Assembly: GCA_965153285.1 (NCBI GenBank)
Contig: OZ229117.1
Length of the DNA: 64,000 nucleotides
Direction: 5' to 3' (one strand)
DNA from: Podarcis tiliguerta
Lineage: Eukaryota
Positions 37,232-48,583 of the stretch are shown here, in pieces. Position numbers and translations under genes: made by a program. The notes below the pieces were generated by a model, which worked only from the letters and a program-made list of their open reading frames with translations, did not search any database and was not told where the DNA came from. The first letter of the stretch is position 1; every line of letters begins with the position of its first letter.

Positions 37232-37483
37232 NNNNNNNNNNNNNNNNNNNNNNNNNNNNNNNNNNNNNNNNNNNNNNNNNNNNNNNNNNNNNNNNNNNNN
37301 NNNNNNNNNNNNNNNNNNNNNNNNNNNNNNNNNNNNNNNNNNNNNNNNNNNNNNNNNNNNNNNNNNNNNNNNNNNNNNNNNNNNNNNNNNNNNNNNNNNN
37401 NNNNNNNNNNNNNNNNNNNNNNNNNNNNNNNNNNNNNNNNNNNNNNNNNNNNNNNNNNNNNNNNNNNNNNNNNNNNNNNNNNN
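37232..37483. other. Assembly gap (252 N)
   Basis: Run of N followed by a G-rich tract. Confidence 1.
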
Positions 37484-38531
37484 GGGGTGGGGGTGGGGAG
37501 GGAGAGGGTGGGGGCAGGTGGGGGCGGTGGGGGGGGGAGCAAGCAGGGAGGGAGGAGGCAGCGATGGGCAATGGTGGAGTGCTAAGCCCCCCGGGTGGGG
37601 GGCACCGCGCTTCCCGCCTCTCCGGTTGGCTAACGGTGCTGTAGTGAAGGATCACTGTCCACCCCAAGGACGCCTGCCATAATTAAGAGAGGCTTTCGGT
37701 CCAGAAAGTGCAGATTCAGGTTTTAATACACAAAATTATTTCAGGAGCACTGAATCGGAAAGTCGTTTGTTATGACCTTCCTGAGAGGCCTGGAGCAGGG
37801 CATGTTGGAGGCGCGGCGGCTGGGCCCGCTGAGTTATGGCATATTTGTGTTTTTATAGTGCGGAGGGGAGGGGGCAGGGGGGGAGAAGGTTAAACAGTAT
37901 TTACAGCTCACTTGTTTTCAGAAAGGGGAAGAGAAATAGAGTGCATGAAAAGATGAGAGGGGAGAGAGAGAGAGAGAATGAGAGAGAGAGATCGCCTTGC
38001 CCTGCACAAACGCGCATGGATGGGATGGCCGCACCAAAGAGGCGCTTGGGGGGCTCTCCAACCTATCTAGGGCTGGCTGTGGGGGAAGGGGGAGATGTTG
38101 GCGCTTGGGGATGAGCGCCTCTCTACAGCAGTCTTCCCCAAGCTGGTGCCCTCCACACGATTTGGGCTACAGCTCCCATCAACTCCAGTCAGGACTGGCT
38201 GGGGCCAATGAGAGCTGTGGTCCGAACCATCTGGGTCGTGCCAGGTTGATGCCAGCTGGTCTGTGGGGTCCAGCTGAGCACTATTCTGCTCAGCCACTGT
38301 AGAGCCACATTTGAGATTTCTGCTGGACACGTATCTCTCCCATGAGTATTCCCATAAACATGGGTGTGCAACGCTAGTGTGCCTTTGATGTTTTGCATGC
38401 TCTTTGGGAGTGGGGCAAAATGATTTGCTTCTGTGTGTGCGCACATACATATTTTAACGCTGACCCTCCACAGATACATATTTTGTACGTGTGGGTAGAT
38501 CAGTGTTAAATGTTGATGTACTTAGGATATT

Positions 38532-38886
38532 GGGACGCGGGTGGCACTGTGGGTTAAACCACAGAGCCTAGGACTTGCCAATCAGAAGGTCGGCGGTTCG
38601 AATCCCCGCGACGGGGTGAGCTTCCGTTGCTCGGTCCCTGCTCCTGCCAACCTAGCAGTTTGAAAGCACATCAAAGTGCAAGTAGATAAATGGGTACCGC
38701 TCCGGCGGGAAGGTAAACAGTGTTTCTGTGTGCTGCTCTGGTTCGCCAGAAGCGACTTAGTCATGCTGGCCACATGACCCAGAAGCTATACACCGGCTCC
38801 CTCGGCCAATAAAGTGAGATGAGCGCTGCAACCCCAGAGTTGGTCATGACTGGACCTAATGATCAGGGGTCCCTTTACCTTTTACC
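38532..38886 (+). mobile_element. Full-length Sauria (Squam1) SINE with target-site duplication
   Basis: GGGACGCGGGTGGCACTGTGGGTTAAACC head, GGTTCGAATCC B box, CCTTTACCTTTTACC tail; TSD TAGGATATT at 38523-38531 and 38887-38895. Confidence 0.93.
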
Positions 38887-40169
38887 TAGGATATTACTAT
38901 TGTGTTTCTCCAAAGCTTTGGCTCATTACATGGAAAGAGGGGTTTCGCTGTGTGTGTGTCTGTGGTGTGTGTTGCTGTACACAAGTGTGACTTCATGTGC
39001 ATGCATGCAAACATTCCTATGCCGCTCTGTCTGAAATGGGTGATATGTACCAGGGTGTATTTCAGTACAATACTTCCTTCTCCCATGTGGCCTTGCTATT
39101 TGCATATGCATGTACTCTTGGCTTTGACTGTGTTCCTGTGTGGTGTAGTGCAGGGTACAGCATAGGAGGCCAGAGGCAAGGAACCCCTCAATTCAAATCT
39201 CATTTCTAAGTGGCCTTTGGTGTATACCACTCACTCTCTCAGCCCTTCCCTCCTAGATTATGGACATAATGGTACTCCCCTCCCTTATAGGGGTTATGGT
39301 ATCGACTGGTGAAGTTTTGAGTGCTGTATAAATGCTAAGCATTGCTATCCTTATGCTTGTACGATTAAAGAGAGCTTTGACATGATGTGAGAGAACCTCC
39401 TTGAGAAGGTCATCAGCTTCTGGCCTTCTGTGGCTTCCATCATAAGAACAAAAGGAGAACCTGCTAGATCTGGCCTGTGGTCCATCTAGCCCAGCATTCT
39501 GTTCTCACAGTGGCCAACCAGATGCTTCTGGGAAACCCACAAGCAGGACCTGAGCCCAACAGAAACTCTTCCCTCCTGCAGTTTCAAGGTATTAAGAAGT
39601 ACACTGTCCCATACAACAGGAGGGCATATCCATCGGGGCTACTAGCCACTGGTGGCTTTATCCTCAATGAATTTGTCTAATTCCCATTCTCCATGGGCAG
39701 GAACTATGGCTTCCCGTTCTTTGGAGGTGAGACTCCTGGGAGTTAGCCGTAGGTAACAAGTTGCCCATTTCTCCTAGCACAGCTCATCAATACTCCTTCC
39801 CTAGAACAGATCCCAGGGTAAGTTGTCCGGAAACAGTTCCATGTAGCAGCACCCAAGACTATATTGCCCTTAACGCTAAACCTCCCTTTTATTATCTGCA
39901 TTGTTTCCTTCGGAGCCTTTGCCTTTGGGACGGAAGAGTTTGAAGAGTCTGATGTTTTGGATCCCGTTCCTTTGGCAATGTGCCTGGCTTCCCGGATAAC
40001 TTTCCGCAAGACGAACCCTCCTGGTCTTTTGCTGGCCAGCAGCTACGCTTCCTTTAGTGCTCCCACTACCCCCACCCCTCCTTTCTCTCTCTCTCTCTCC
40101 CCACCCACCCCACAGCAACCCTTGTTTTTCGCTTGTAAAATGGGGCAAGATTGATGGCTCGGGCTGTGG

Positions 40170-40340
40170 TGTAGATGTTAACACTTCTGGTTGATTTATG
40201 GAGTTACTTAGCCGACAAGTGAGACCACTTAGACTCGTTTTGGATAGTAAACCTTTTAATGCGTATAAAAATATAAACAAAATTAAAATAAGCTAGAGGA
40301 TGGAAGATGCAGATTTGGGAGTGACGTTTTAATTTTATAT
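40170..40340. promoter_or_regulatory. Putative conserved enhancer block
   Basis: TGATTTATGG (PBX-HOX-like), TATAAACA (forkhead-like), TGACGT (CRE half-site). Confidence 0.4.
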
Positions 40341-41984
40341 TTTTCAGTTGTTGTTTTTCTTTTTTTAAAAAAGTAAAGGGAAAGTCCAGTTAAGACACGA
40401 AGCAGGAACAGAACCCCTTTTGCAAATGGCAAGCCAGTATTCCTACATTGGGGGAAAGTGTTTCCTATGAATAAAAGCACAAGGGAAAGGTGATAGAGAA
40501 TGTTATTGATTTAACCGGGGCTGGAGATAGAGATGCAATGGCAGGTATGGCAAGAACGTTTGTAAGTCTTATTAGGAGAGAGACCAAGAGAGAGTAAGCC
40601 TAGAACACATTGGCACTTGCTTCTGAGTAGACATGCACCATAAAAGCCATTGTGGATCAAGAAGATCTGGGGTGTCTGCATTTCCCTGCAATGGCAAAAG
40701 TTATGCTGGAGGAAGTAGATGATCTCTCCACCTCAAGAGAAATGGTTTTGTTAGATGTGGGACTTGGCTACCTCAACGGAATGGGTGTTCTATATATTGC
40801 TTTGAAAGGGGCAAATGAACCAAGAACATTTGTAATAATGCTTCACAATAACACCTAGGCCCTGCTTTCTGTCTTGTGGCTGAGGCAAAAGGAAAATTTG
40901 GGAGAGAGATATTTAAATGACTTAAAGGGGGCAACATGGACCAGCAGCTCCAGGGCTTGGATCTCGAACACTGAGGCCAGCTTCCCAATAGAGGCCCATG
41001 TGGTTGCCAGGCAACTCACAGGCTTCTCTCAGGCCTCCCTCTCAACCTAGATTTTGTGTATATCACAATTGGGCCTGGAAGCCAACTCTGCATATCCTCA
41101 CATATACCCAGTGCTTTTTTTTCTAGGGATACTTCATTTTTACCATTTTATAGTTCAAATCAGGAGAAATAAATACAGTAAATGGACAAAAGTACAAAGA
41201 TTCACAAAATGTTTAGGGTTATGCGTACCCCCATAAAAAAGCACTGCATATACCAATATCAAAATATTGCCCTGGGAAAGTACATGGGGTTTTTTGTTTG
41301 TAACAGAAGGTTCAGGATAGAAGTGTTCAGATAATGGCTGGAGCACTGAGGCTATTTTTAAAAAAGGGGGGAGTGTTGTTGTCCCCCCCTATATTATGTC
41401 TTAGCTATAGTGTTGGGCTTCAAATGTACTGACTTAGGAAAGCTCTCTGCGCCCTATAGAAACTCCTCATGTAGAAATTCAAGATTCTGGATCGCCCTGA
41501 GTATGAGCACAACAATTTTCATCCCTGGACTTTGGAAGGCCTTTCGGCAGGGCGCCCTCTGTGTTGTCCCTTCCCTCACTGAGTCTGCCTCCTCACTGCA
41601 ACAAGGCCGGAGGGGTCTTGGAAGTAGATCCCTGGATGGCATGTGGGCTCTTGACAGATATGCAGTCATGCTAGCCTTGGCACCAGTTCTACTCACCTAG
41701 CTGTTATCATGGCTGTCTCTCCTCCCTGTCTCTTCATTGCCAGGGTACGTTTGTGGCATGCCCGTTGTGGCCTCGAACTCGGGATCTGGAAATTAGTGGT
41801 GTGCCGAGGGCCAGATATAAGCTGCCCTTTAGACTTCTGCATGGGCTGCAAGTCAGTCACGCAGGTGCTTATAGCGGGGGGCATTAAATCATGGCTTCCC
41901 GGTAACATAAGTCAACTGTATATGTGACCAGCACAACATAGGCCAATTTTGTTCTATGTTCAAGAGCCCATTGCAATCTAGATT

Positions 41985-42590
41985 TGTACCATCCTGGCCC
42001 CAGCAAGACCAGCACCTGTTCTGAACCCCTGGTCGACCTGGCGACAAGTCAGTGTGTCAAGTTCCCACTCCAGGGTCAATCTGCGTGTCCAAACCAAAGC
42101 ACGATCCCTCAGAGATCCTAGAGCAATCAACATGGGCAGTTGAGCAGATACAGCACCTCAGCTCTGCTGCCCTTTGCATTTGGATTGCCGCATCTGGGAT
42201 TGATGAGGCATGGGACCCTCACCTGCTCCAAGCCTACTCCAGCTGAGGAATCACACACCTCCTCCTAGAGCTAGCGAGCCCCACCTGCTAGTGAGCTGGG
42301 CTTGTCGGCTTTTCCTGCCTCAGCCTCCTAGAGCACCCTGCCTGCTGTTCCCTATGCCTCAGAATCTGCTGTGTTTGTTGAGACAGGGGCCCATCTGGCT
42401 CTGGTGATGGGTCCTGTTGCTCTGGTTCCTGTGCACTGACTCCCATCCATCATGCTCCGCCACCCTGTGAGTACTTTCTACACCAACCTCTCCTTCCCCA
42501 TCCCCAGGTTGCCCTGGTGTGTCTCAGTCCCAGCTATACTCCTTGCCAGGATCCTCTTCCTCCTTCCCATAGTCCTGCCAGTTCATGAAG
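41985..42590 (-). mobile_element. Possible solo LTR-like element (decayed)
   Basis: Composition shift; minus strand begins near TCATGAACTGGCAGG and ends ...GGTACA; no TSD confirmed. Confidence 0.3.
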
Positions 42591-44029
42591 TCCCAATTTG
42601 CCAGCCATGGGTAGTCACCATACAATAACTCTCTGAGGCCTGTTCCACAAGCCACATTGCATCTGTTAACACAGAGAGCAAAACTGGGCAGGTATTGGAT
42701 GTCTCCTGACCTTCTGCCTTGTCCTGGGCCTTTACAGACCCTAGGAATCTGTGTGTTTGGTACTTATCTTTGCAGGCCCTACCCTAAGAGGCCTTGCTCT
42801 CGGCATTTCAGGTTGTGAACCCCTTAGGACCTGGCAGCCAGTTCCAACTAAGCCTCCCAGAATACCTTGCTGTAATCCTGTGGACTCCAGAGCCAATGCG
42901 CCATGTGGCAAAGGTGCTCAGTGCCGAGAGTTTGTGCAGCGCCCGTCCGATTTTTGTGTGCGTGCCGTCTGGTTGGTGTTCCAAGCCTGCGAGGTGAGGA
43001 GGACAGCAGTGGTTAAAGCAAGCAGCACAGAATCTCCATTTGGGCCGGCTGCGCTCCCAATGCGGCCGGCCTGCCTCTTTCTCCCTTGGCCAGTTGATAT
43101 ATGGCATAAATTAGGCCTCTGAAGGGGGATACTGCATCCTTAAGAAGAAATATGTCCTCATTTTTCTTAAACACCGTTTGCACTGAGTGAAATGTTTAGA
43201 AGGGGACGCTGAGGGATAACTTTATTTCTTACCAGGGAGTTCAGAGCCGTTCAGTTAAGCTCATAAAACATTGGGAGTAAGGAAGCTGACAGGCTACCCG
43301 TGCATTAGAAAAAGCATTATTCATCCTGGGGGAAGCTCACCCCATGCCGGAGCCAGGCATTTACCAATGGGGTGCTTTGGGGCCCTGGTTAATGAGTGCA
43401 GGAGAGAAGGGTTCCGGGGCAATCTACCCTCGGAGTAGGGCCACAGGCCATCCCGTCAACGAGAGTACGGCTCAGAAATACCTTTATTAAGCCATTGAGG
43501 AGCCGTCCTCAGTTCAGCTTCATGCAATGGCAGTGATTGCAAAAATGTTTGGAGGAGGATGGAGGAACAAGCCTCTCAAGAGATGATGCTGATGTTGTTG
43601 ATGATGATTTTTACGGGGGGGAGGGAAAGTTCCAAAGTGACTTACAGGATATTAAAAAATGCCAAAACTATTCTCTACACATTTTAAATCCCGATTAATA
43701 GAATAGAAATGACTACAGGTGTGCCATTCAACACTAAGGAAGGGCAAACCCTACCCAGCTTCACTAAAATATAAGCATCAAAAACAGGCCATAAATCATA
43801 TTACAGTGTACTCTACATTTCACCCCTTTCGATGTGGGGGCAGACAAGAATTAAAAGGGATGGTTTCAAGGCCTCAGTTGCTAGTTTATTGTTCCTCCTG
43901 TTTTGTCTTCCAGCGCTCCATGCTTTTCAAGGCTCATATAGGCAGCTCAGGTGGTGATATGAGCCTTGAAAAGCCTGGGCCTTAAAATTAGCAAACAAGG
44001 CACTGCTTTTTGTGCTTGGCATGTGGGGA

Positions 44030-44370
44030 CAGAATAGGGCCTTCTTAGTGGCAGCACCCCAGATATGGAACTCTCTTCACTTGCAGCTATACCCTTGAAA
44101 AGCTTCCATCATCACCTAAATATATTTTTGTTTGCCCAGATTGATCTGTTAGCTGCTGTGATCCTTAAATTTTTGATGCTGTCCTATCTTGTAGGATTAA
44201 TCATGATTTGATATTGTAGGATGTCTCGCTGTATTTTCTTGTTTTTGCTTCTGCAGTTGTCTGCATTTTATCATTTATATTGTGTTTAATTTTGCTGGTG
44301 GGTTTGGGGAAACGACTTTGTGATGTTTCTCTAGATGGGCAAGCAGCGTACAAATATGTGAGGAAATAAA
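44030..44370 (+). mobile_element. L2-like LINE 3' fragment
   Basis: AGGGCCTTCTTAGTGGCAGCACCCCAGATATGGAACTCTCTTC motif and T-rich 3' UTR. Confidence 0.55.
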
Positions 44371-44394
44371 CGGACACGCAAAATAAAGTGAATA

Positions 44395-44653
44395 CCGTAT
44401 TTTTCGCTCTATAAGACGCACCAGATCATAAGACGCACCTAGTTTTTGGAGGAGGAAAACAAGGGAAAAAAAATTCTAAATCTCAGAAGCCAGAACAGCA
44501 AGAGGGATCGCTGTGCAGCGAAAGCAGCAATCCCTCTTGCTGTTCTGGCTTCTGGGATAGCTGCGCAGCCTGCATTCGCTCCATAAGACGCACACACATT
44601 TCTCCTTACTTTTTAGGAAGGAAAAAGTGAGTGTTACAGAGCAAAAAATACGG
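44395..44653. mobile_element. Tc1/mariner (Tc2-like) MITE
   Basis: TIRs CCGTATTTTT.../...AAAAATACGG; TA TSD at 44393-44394 and 44654-44655; three ATAAGACGCAC repeats; internal 30-bp hairpin. Confidence 0.88.
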
Positions 44654-44993
44654 TAAGTAGAGCTAAAAGAAGTGGGAGGGAGCATCACTCTCCCAGCTTC
44701 CTTTGTCCACTCTGTACACCTTTCAAGGAGGGAAAACCGTAACCATCCTCAGCACCTCACAATGAAGGGGGAGTTTCTTGGGTGCCAGAGGATGTTCTTG
44801 GGCTTTGTGCAATGCCAGATGTATATAGTCCTCCACCATTTTTTAAAAAAATCCTGACAATCGCCCTGTCACGTAGGTTAGGCTGAGAGATTATGACCGG
44901 GCCAGAAATCACCCAGAGATCTTCACAGCTAAGCGAGGGATTTGCTAAGTATACAAATTTAATAAATAATAATAACAGTCCAACACTCTAATT

Positions 44994-45251
44994 CAGCCTT
45001 CTCCAACTTGGTGCCTTCCAGATGTTTTGGACTACAACCCAGTGCTGGCCGGTGCTGGTGCTGATAGTTGTAGTCCAAAACATCTGGAAGGCACCGAGTT
45101 GGGGGAGGCTGCTCTAAGCCAAGGGTAGCCAATGTGCTTCCCTTCCAGATGTTGTTGGGTTGCATCTCCCATCACCCTTGGCTATTGGCCCTGCTGCCTG
45201 GGTCTTCAAGGAGATAAGAGTCCAACAGCATATCCACGTTGGTTGCCCCTG
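44994..45251. mobile_element. Two tandem hAT-type MITEs
   Basis: 44994-45111 has perfect 29-bp internal inverted arms and flanks CTCTAATT/CTCTAAGC; a second decayed copy at 45120-45251 abuts the same site. Confidence 0.8.
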
Positions 45252-45899
45252 GTCTGACCATCACATAACATTTGCTGTCTGTATTGGGATGGTGTGCCTG
45301 TCCTACCAGCAACCTGTAGCAACCTTTGCTTTATTTTTATTTTATATATATATATATTGCTTTGCTTTGCTTTATTAGATTAGATTAGATTTATATACAG
45401 CCCTTCATCATAAGATCTCAGGGTGGTTCATACAAGGAAGGAGAATTTCAAGCTCCACCAGAGAACAAAGGCACCCTTGAAGAAAGTAGTTTTAAAGGTG
45501 ACACGCCACACCCACCACCGCCTTTTTCTTCTTTATGATGAAGCGTATGTTACCATTGGAGATACCTCTAGCCGAATGTAGGCACCCTGGTAACACAAGC
45601 TGACACGGGGTCCCCTGTGGCTTGTCAGTCCAAGGTTACCAGCCTGAAGGTGCTGGCTTGGCAGACGGTGCAGAATGCCAGCCATAGAGACATCTTCCTT
45701 CCTTGTTTCCATCTATTTCACCCCACCCCCTGCCACCCATGCACACCCCACCCATTTTTTATGCCAAAAGATTTAATATTTGTTTGAAATGAGAAATAGT
45801 CCTCAAATGAATTTGGAGAGTCGGGGAATTAATGTCAACTCCCCACCCCCTGCACCAATACACACACACACTTACTTTCCAGCTTCTCTTCTCTCCCCC

Positions 45900-46400
45900 C
45901 CCCTTTCAATTTCTGAAGCCTGCTGATTTGAATATTTATAAATATCAGTAAATTATTTATTGTAGCAATCTGCTGTGCCATTTCACCGATCACCGTTAAC
46001 ACTTTAGGGTTTTCTCTTTCGGAGAGATTGCAGCGCAAGAATTGGCGAGGGTGCCGGCTGAGGGGGACCTGAGGGGGGCACAGGAAAGCTGAGAATGTAT
46101 CTGTGTGTGTACATGCAAAGTGGTGTCACACAGGGTGGAAGGATTGCTGTGTCTTGCCCGCAGTATGGAAGGGTCCTTTGTATTGCTGTGCATGTTAACC
46201 AGCGTCAGAAAAGTTTTCCTCTGCTCTGCGTGTGTTTTTTATGGGTCCAGCGGTCTTACAGAGAAAGACTTAAATAAGACTTTGAGGAGAATGGTCAGGG
46301 CTGTTGTCAAAAGATAATTAGAGGGCTATTCATATTTACTGTGTAACTATAGCGAAGCGATATTGTTATTGAACCCCAATTCTGCCCTCCAGAAATGCTA
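45900..46400. promoter_or_regulatory. Putative conserved enhancer cluster
   Basis: Dense TTTATAAA, TTTATTG, TTTATGG, GATAATTAG and TATTTAC motifs; TE-free. Confidence 0.4.
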
Positions 46401-48537
46401 GGTTGTGCAACCATATAACTCCTAGCTTGCATGAATGATATTATTTTGTGAAATTTTGTTTTTGTTGGTCTGGATGGGTGTGTGAAGAGCTGTGCAAGGA
46501 AATGAAGTTCTCCCCCCCAAATAAAACCTACTGGAAATCTTGTCTACCCCACTCTATTCCATGAAGCTATTTCCTCTTAATACTACTTATTACTAGAACA
46601 TATCTCATTTTTTAAAAGAAAAGTTTAGCAAAATTCTGCTGTCCATTCCAGGTCTTATGTGATTGCAGAATACACAGCCTCCAGTTCCCTCCTCCTTGTG
46701 TTTCTCATTTTTCAAACCAAAAAATTGCCTCTCTTTGGAGGAAACTGAAAGCCTCTCTTGCTCCTCCAGTCCCATGTGTCCAAGGTGAAGCGGCACCCAT
46801 GTCCTTTCCAGTGCCCGTCCCCTGGGCATTGCTTGCCCTCCTTCCAGCCATGAAGGATTTGCGTTTCCAGTGGCCATGGACTCCGCTTAGCAGCGCCGCT
46901 GTGGAACTCTCCCAAGGTCAGGCGAAAGAGACAGCGTTCCACTAAGCCGAGGTCATCTCTTGAGCTAAAAGCAATAAAATGTTTTATTGATAAACTGGAG
47001 CAGCGGGGGGAGGGACGGGTGTCAAAGCACACCAAGTCCACTTTTTTTGCATACCTCCCACCCATGGAATTGGACCCCATCCCTCATGGTGTATTTCCCA
47101 GACAGGGCTTTCAAAGGAAATAGAGTAATATTTTAAAAACCACAACACCCAGCCTCATCTGGCCTGTGTTGGGAAATGGGTAGGTATGTTTGGGGCTGGT
47201 TTTGAGGAGAGTTGCTCCCTACTGTTTTTGCTGATTCATTTCAGAACCATGGGCCTTGAACCCAGGACCATGTGGACTTCTTGTGGGACTGCTCTGGATT
47301 AGAACCCCACATTTGGAGGTGGAGAGGTGACAGTGGGAGGAAATCAAGTCATGGTTGTTGTTTTTTCAAGTGGGCCATGACACTTTTATCTGAAGTTTTA
47401 AAGTTCCATGAGGAATCTAAATGATGCAAATCGGGTTTGTTGGTTTTGCCTAGTTGTGCTTTCTGCTCCTCTGTCCCTTCTGCCCCCTTCAAAAAAAAAC
47501 CCCCCAGAGATGCTCACCTCTTCATCTGACTAGAAGTGTTTCACCCAAACATTGGCCACATAGTCTTTGCCATCTCATGGTCCAGCAACTTGAAAACAAA
47601 CAAAACTTAAAGCTGAGAAAGTTGTGATGCACAATCAGAGCCCCATTGTCAAATCCCACACCCCAAACGGGACGGGATTATAAACTCTCTTGTTGCTGCT
47701 GTTGCGTTTATGTACCATTCCTATAACACAGTCCTGCGTGTGGTTTGCAAACATTGTTAAAAAGTCAAGCCAAGGTTCAAAACACGAAAACCAATGATAA
47801 ACGCTTCAAATCGGCCCAAGGAATAGCATAGAAACAGGACCAACCCCACCCTGCAGCTCTCCAAGTCCTATCCTGGTTGCTGGGTGGTTTAGATGGCTTC
47901 TTGGTGTCATTTGGCTTTGGGTGCATTTTGGCAACCTGCACCTACTTCAGTTGAAAAATGTGTACAGTTTCCAAACCCACAAGAGCACACGCACGCAAGC
48001 AAACAAGCTCCCCCCCCCCCATCCACTCCCGTCTGCCTGGCCCGCCATTTCCTCCCTCAACCGCCCCAAACAATGTTGTGAATAATTGATCGGATGAAAC
48101 CCTCACAGCTCCTGGAAAGCTGGCACGGCGGCTTCCCTCCTGAGCGCAGCTACTCAGCTGGGCTTAAAATTCTTCAATAAGAATACGAGAGGTCCATCTG
48201 TTCGTTTCTTCCACGCAGCCCTCTGAAGTGACAGTCCTCACAAGCCCTGCTTCCTTTCCCCACCCACCATTCCCTTCCACAACAGGGGTATCCTCAGCTG
48301 GGTTTGAGCAGCACCCCACTCCACTCTATACCCAGGAACGCCCTTCGTCTAGAGTCAAGAGTCCCCCCCCCCCCAGCCATCAGCTCTTGGTCCCTTAATC
48401 TACCTGCCCAGCTCAGAGTCTCTTCCAGCACTTTTCTTTCCCAGTTTTTAAAAATTTACCTCTTCATCATTCTCCTGTCTCTCACCAACTCCCACTCACT
48501 AACTCTCAATTTACCTTCTTGCTGTGATTCTTTAGGG

Positions 48538-48581
<44 letters not shown>
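48538..48581. repeat. (ATA)n trinucleotide microsatellite
   Basis: Direct reading; produces the poly-Ile of ORF 48304-48603. Confidence 0.97.
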
Positions 48582-48583
<2 letters not shown>

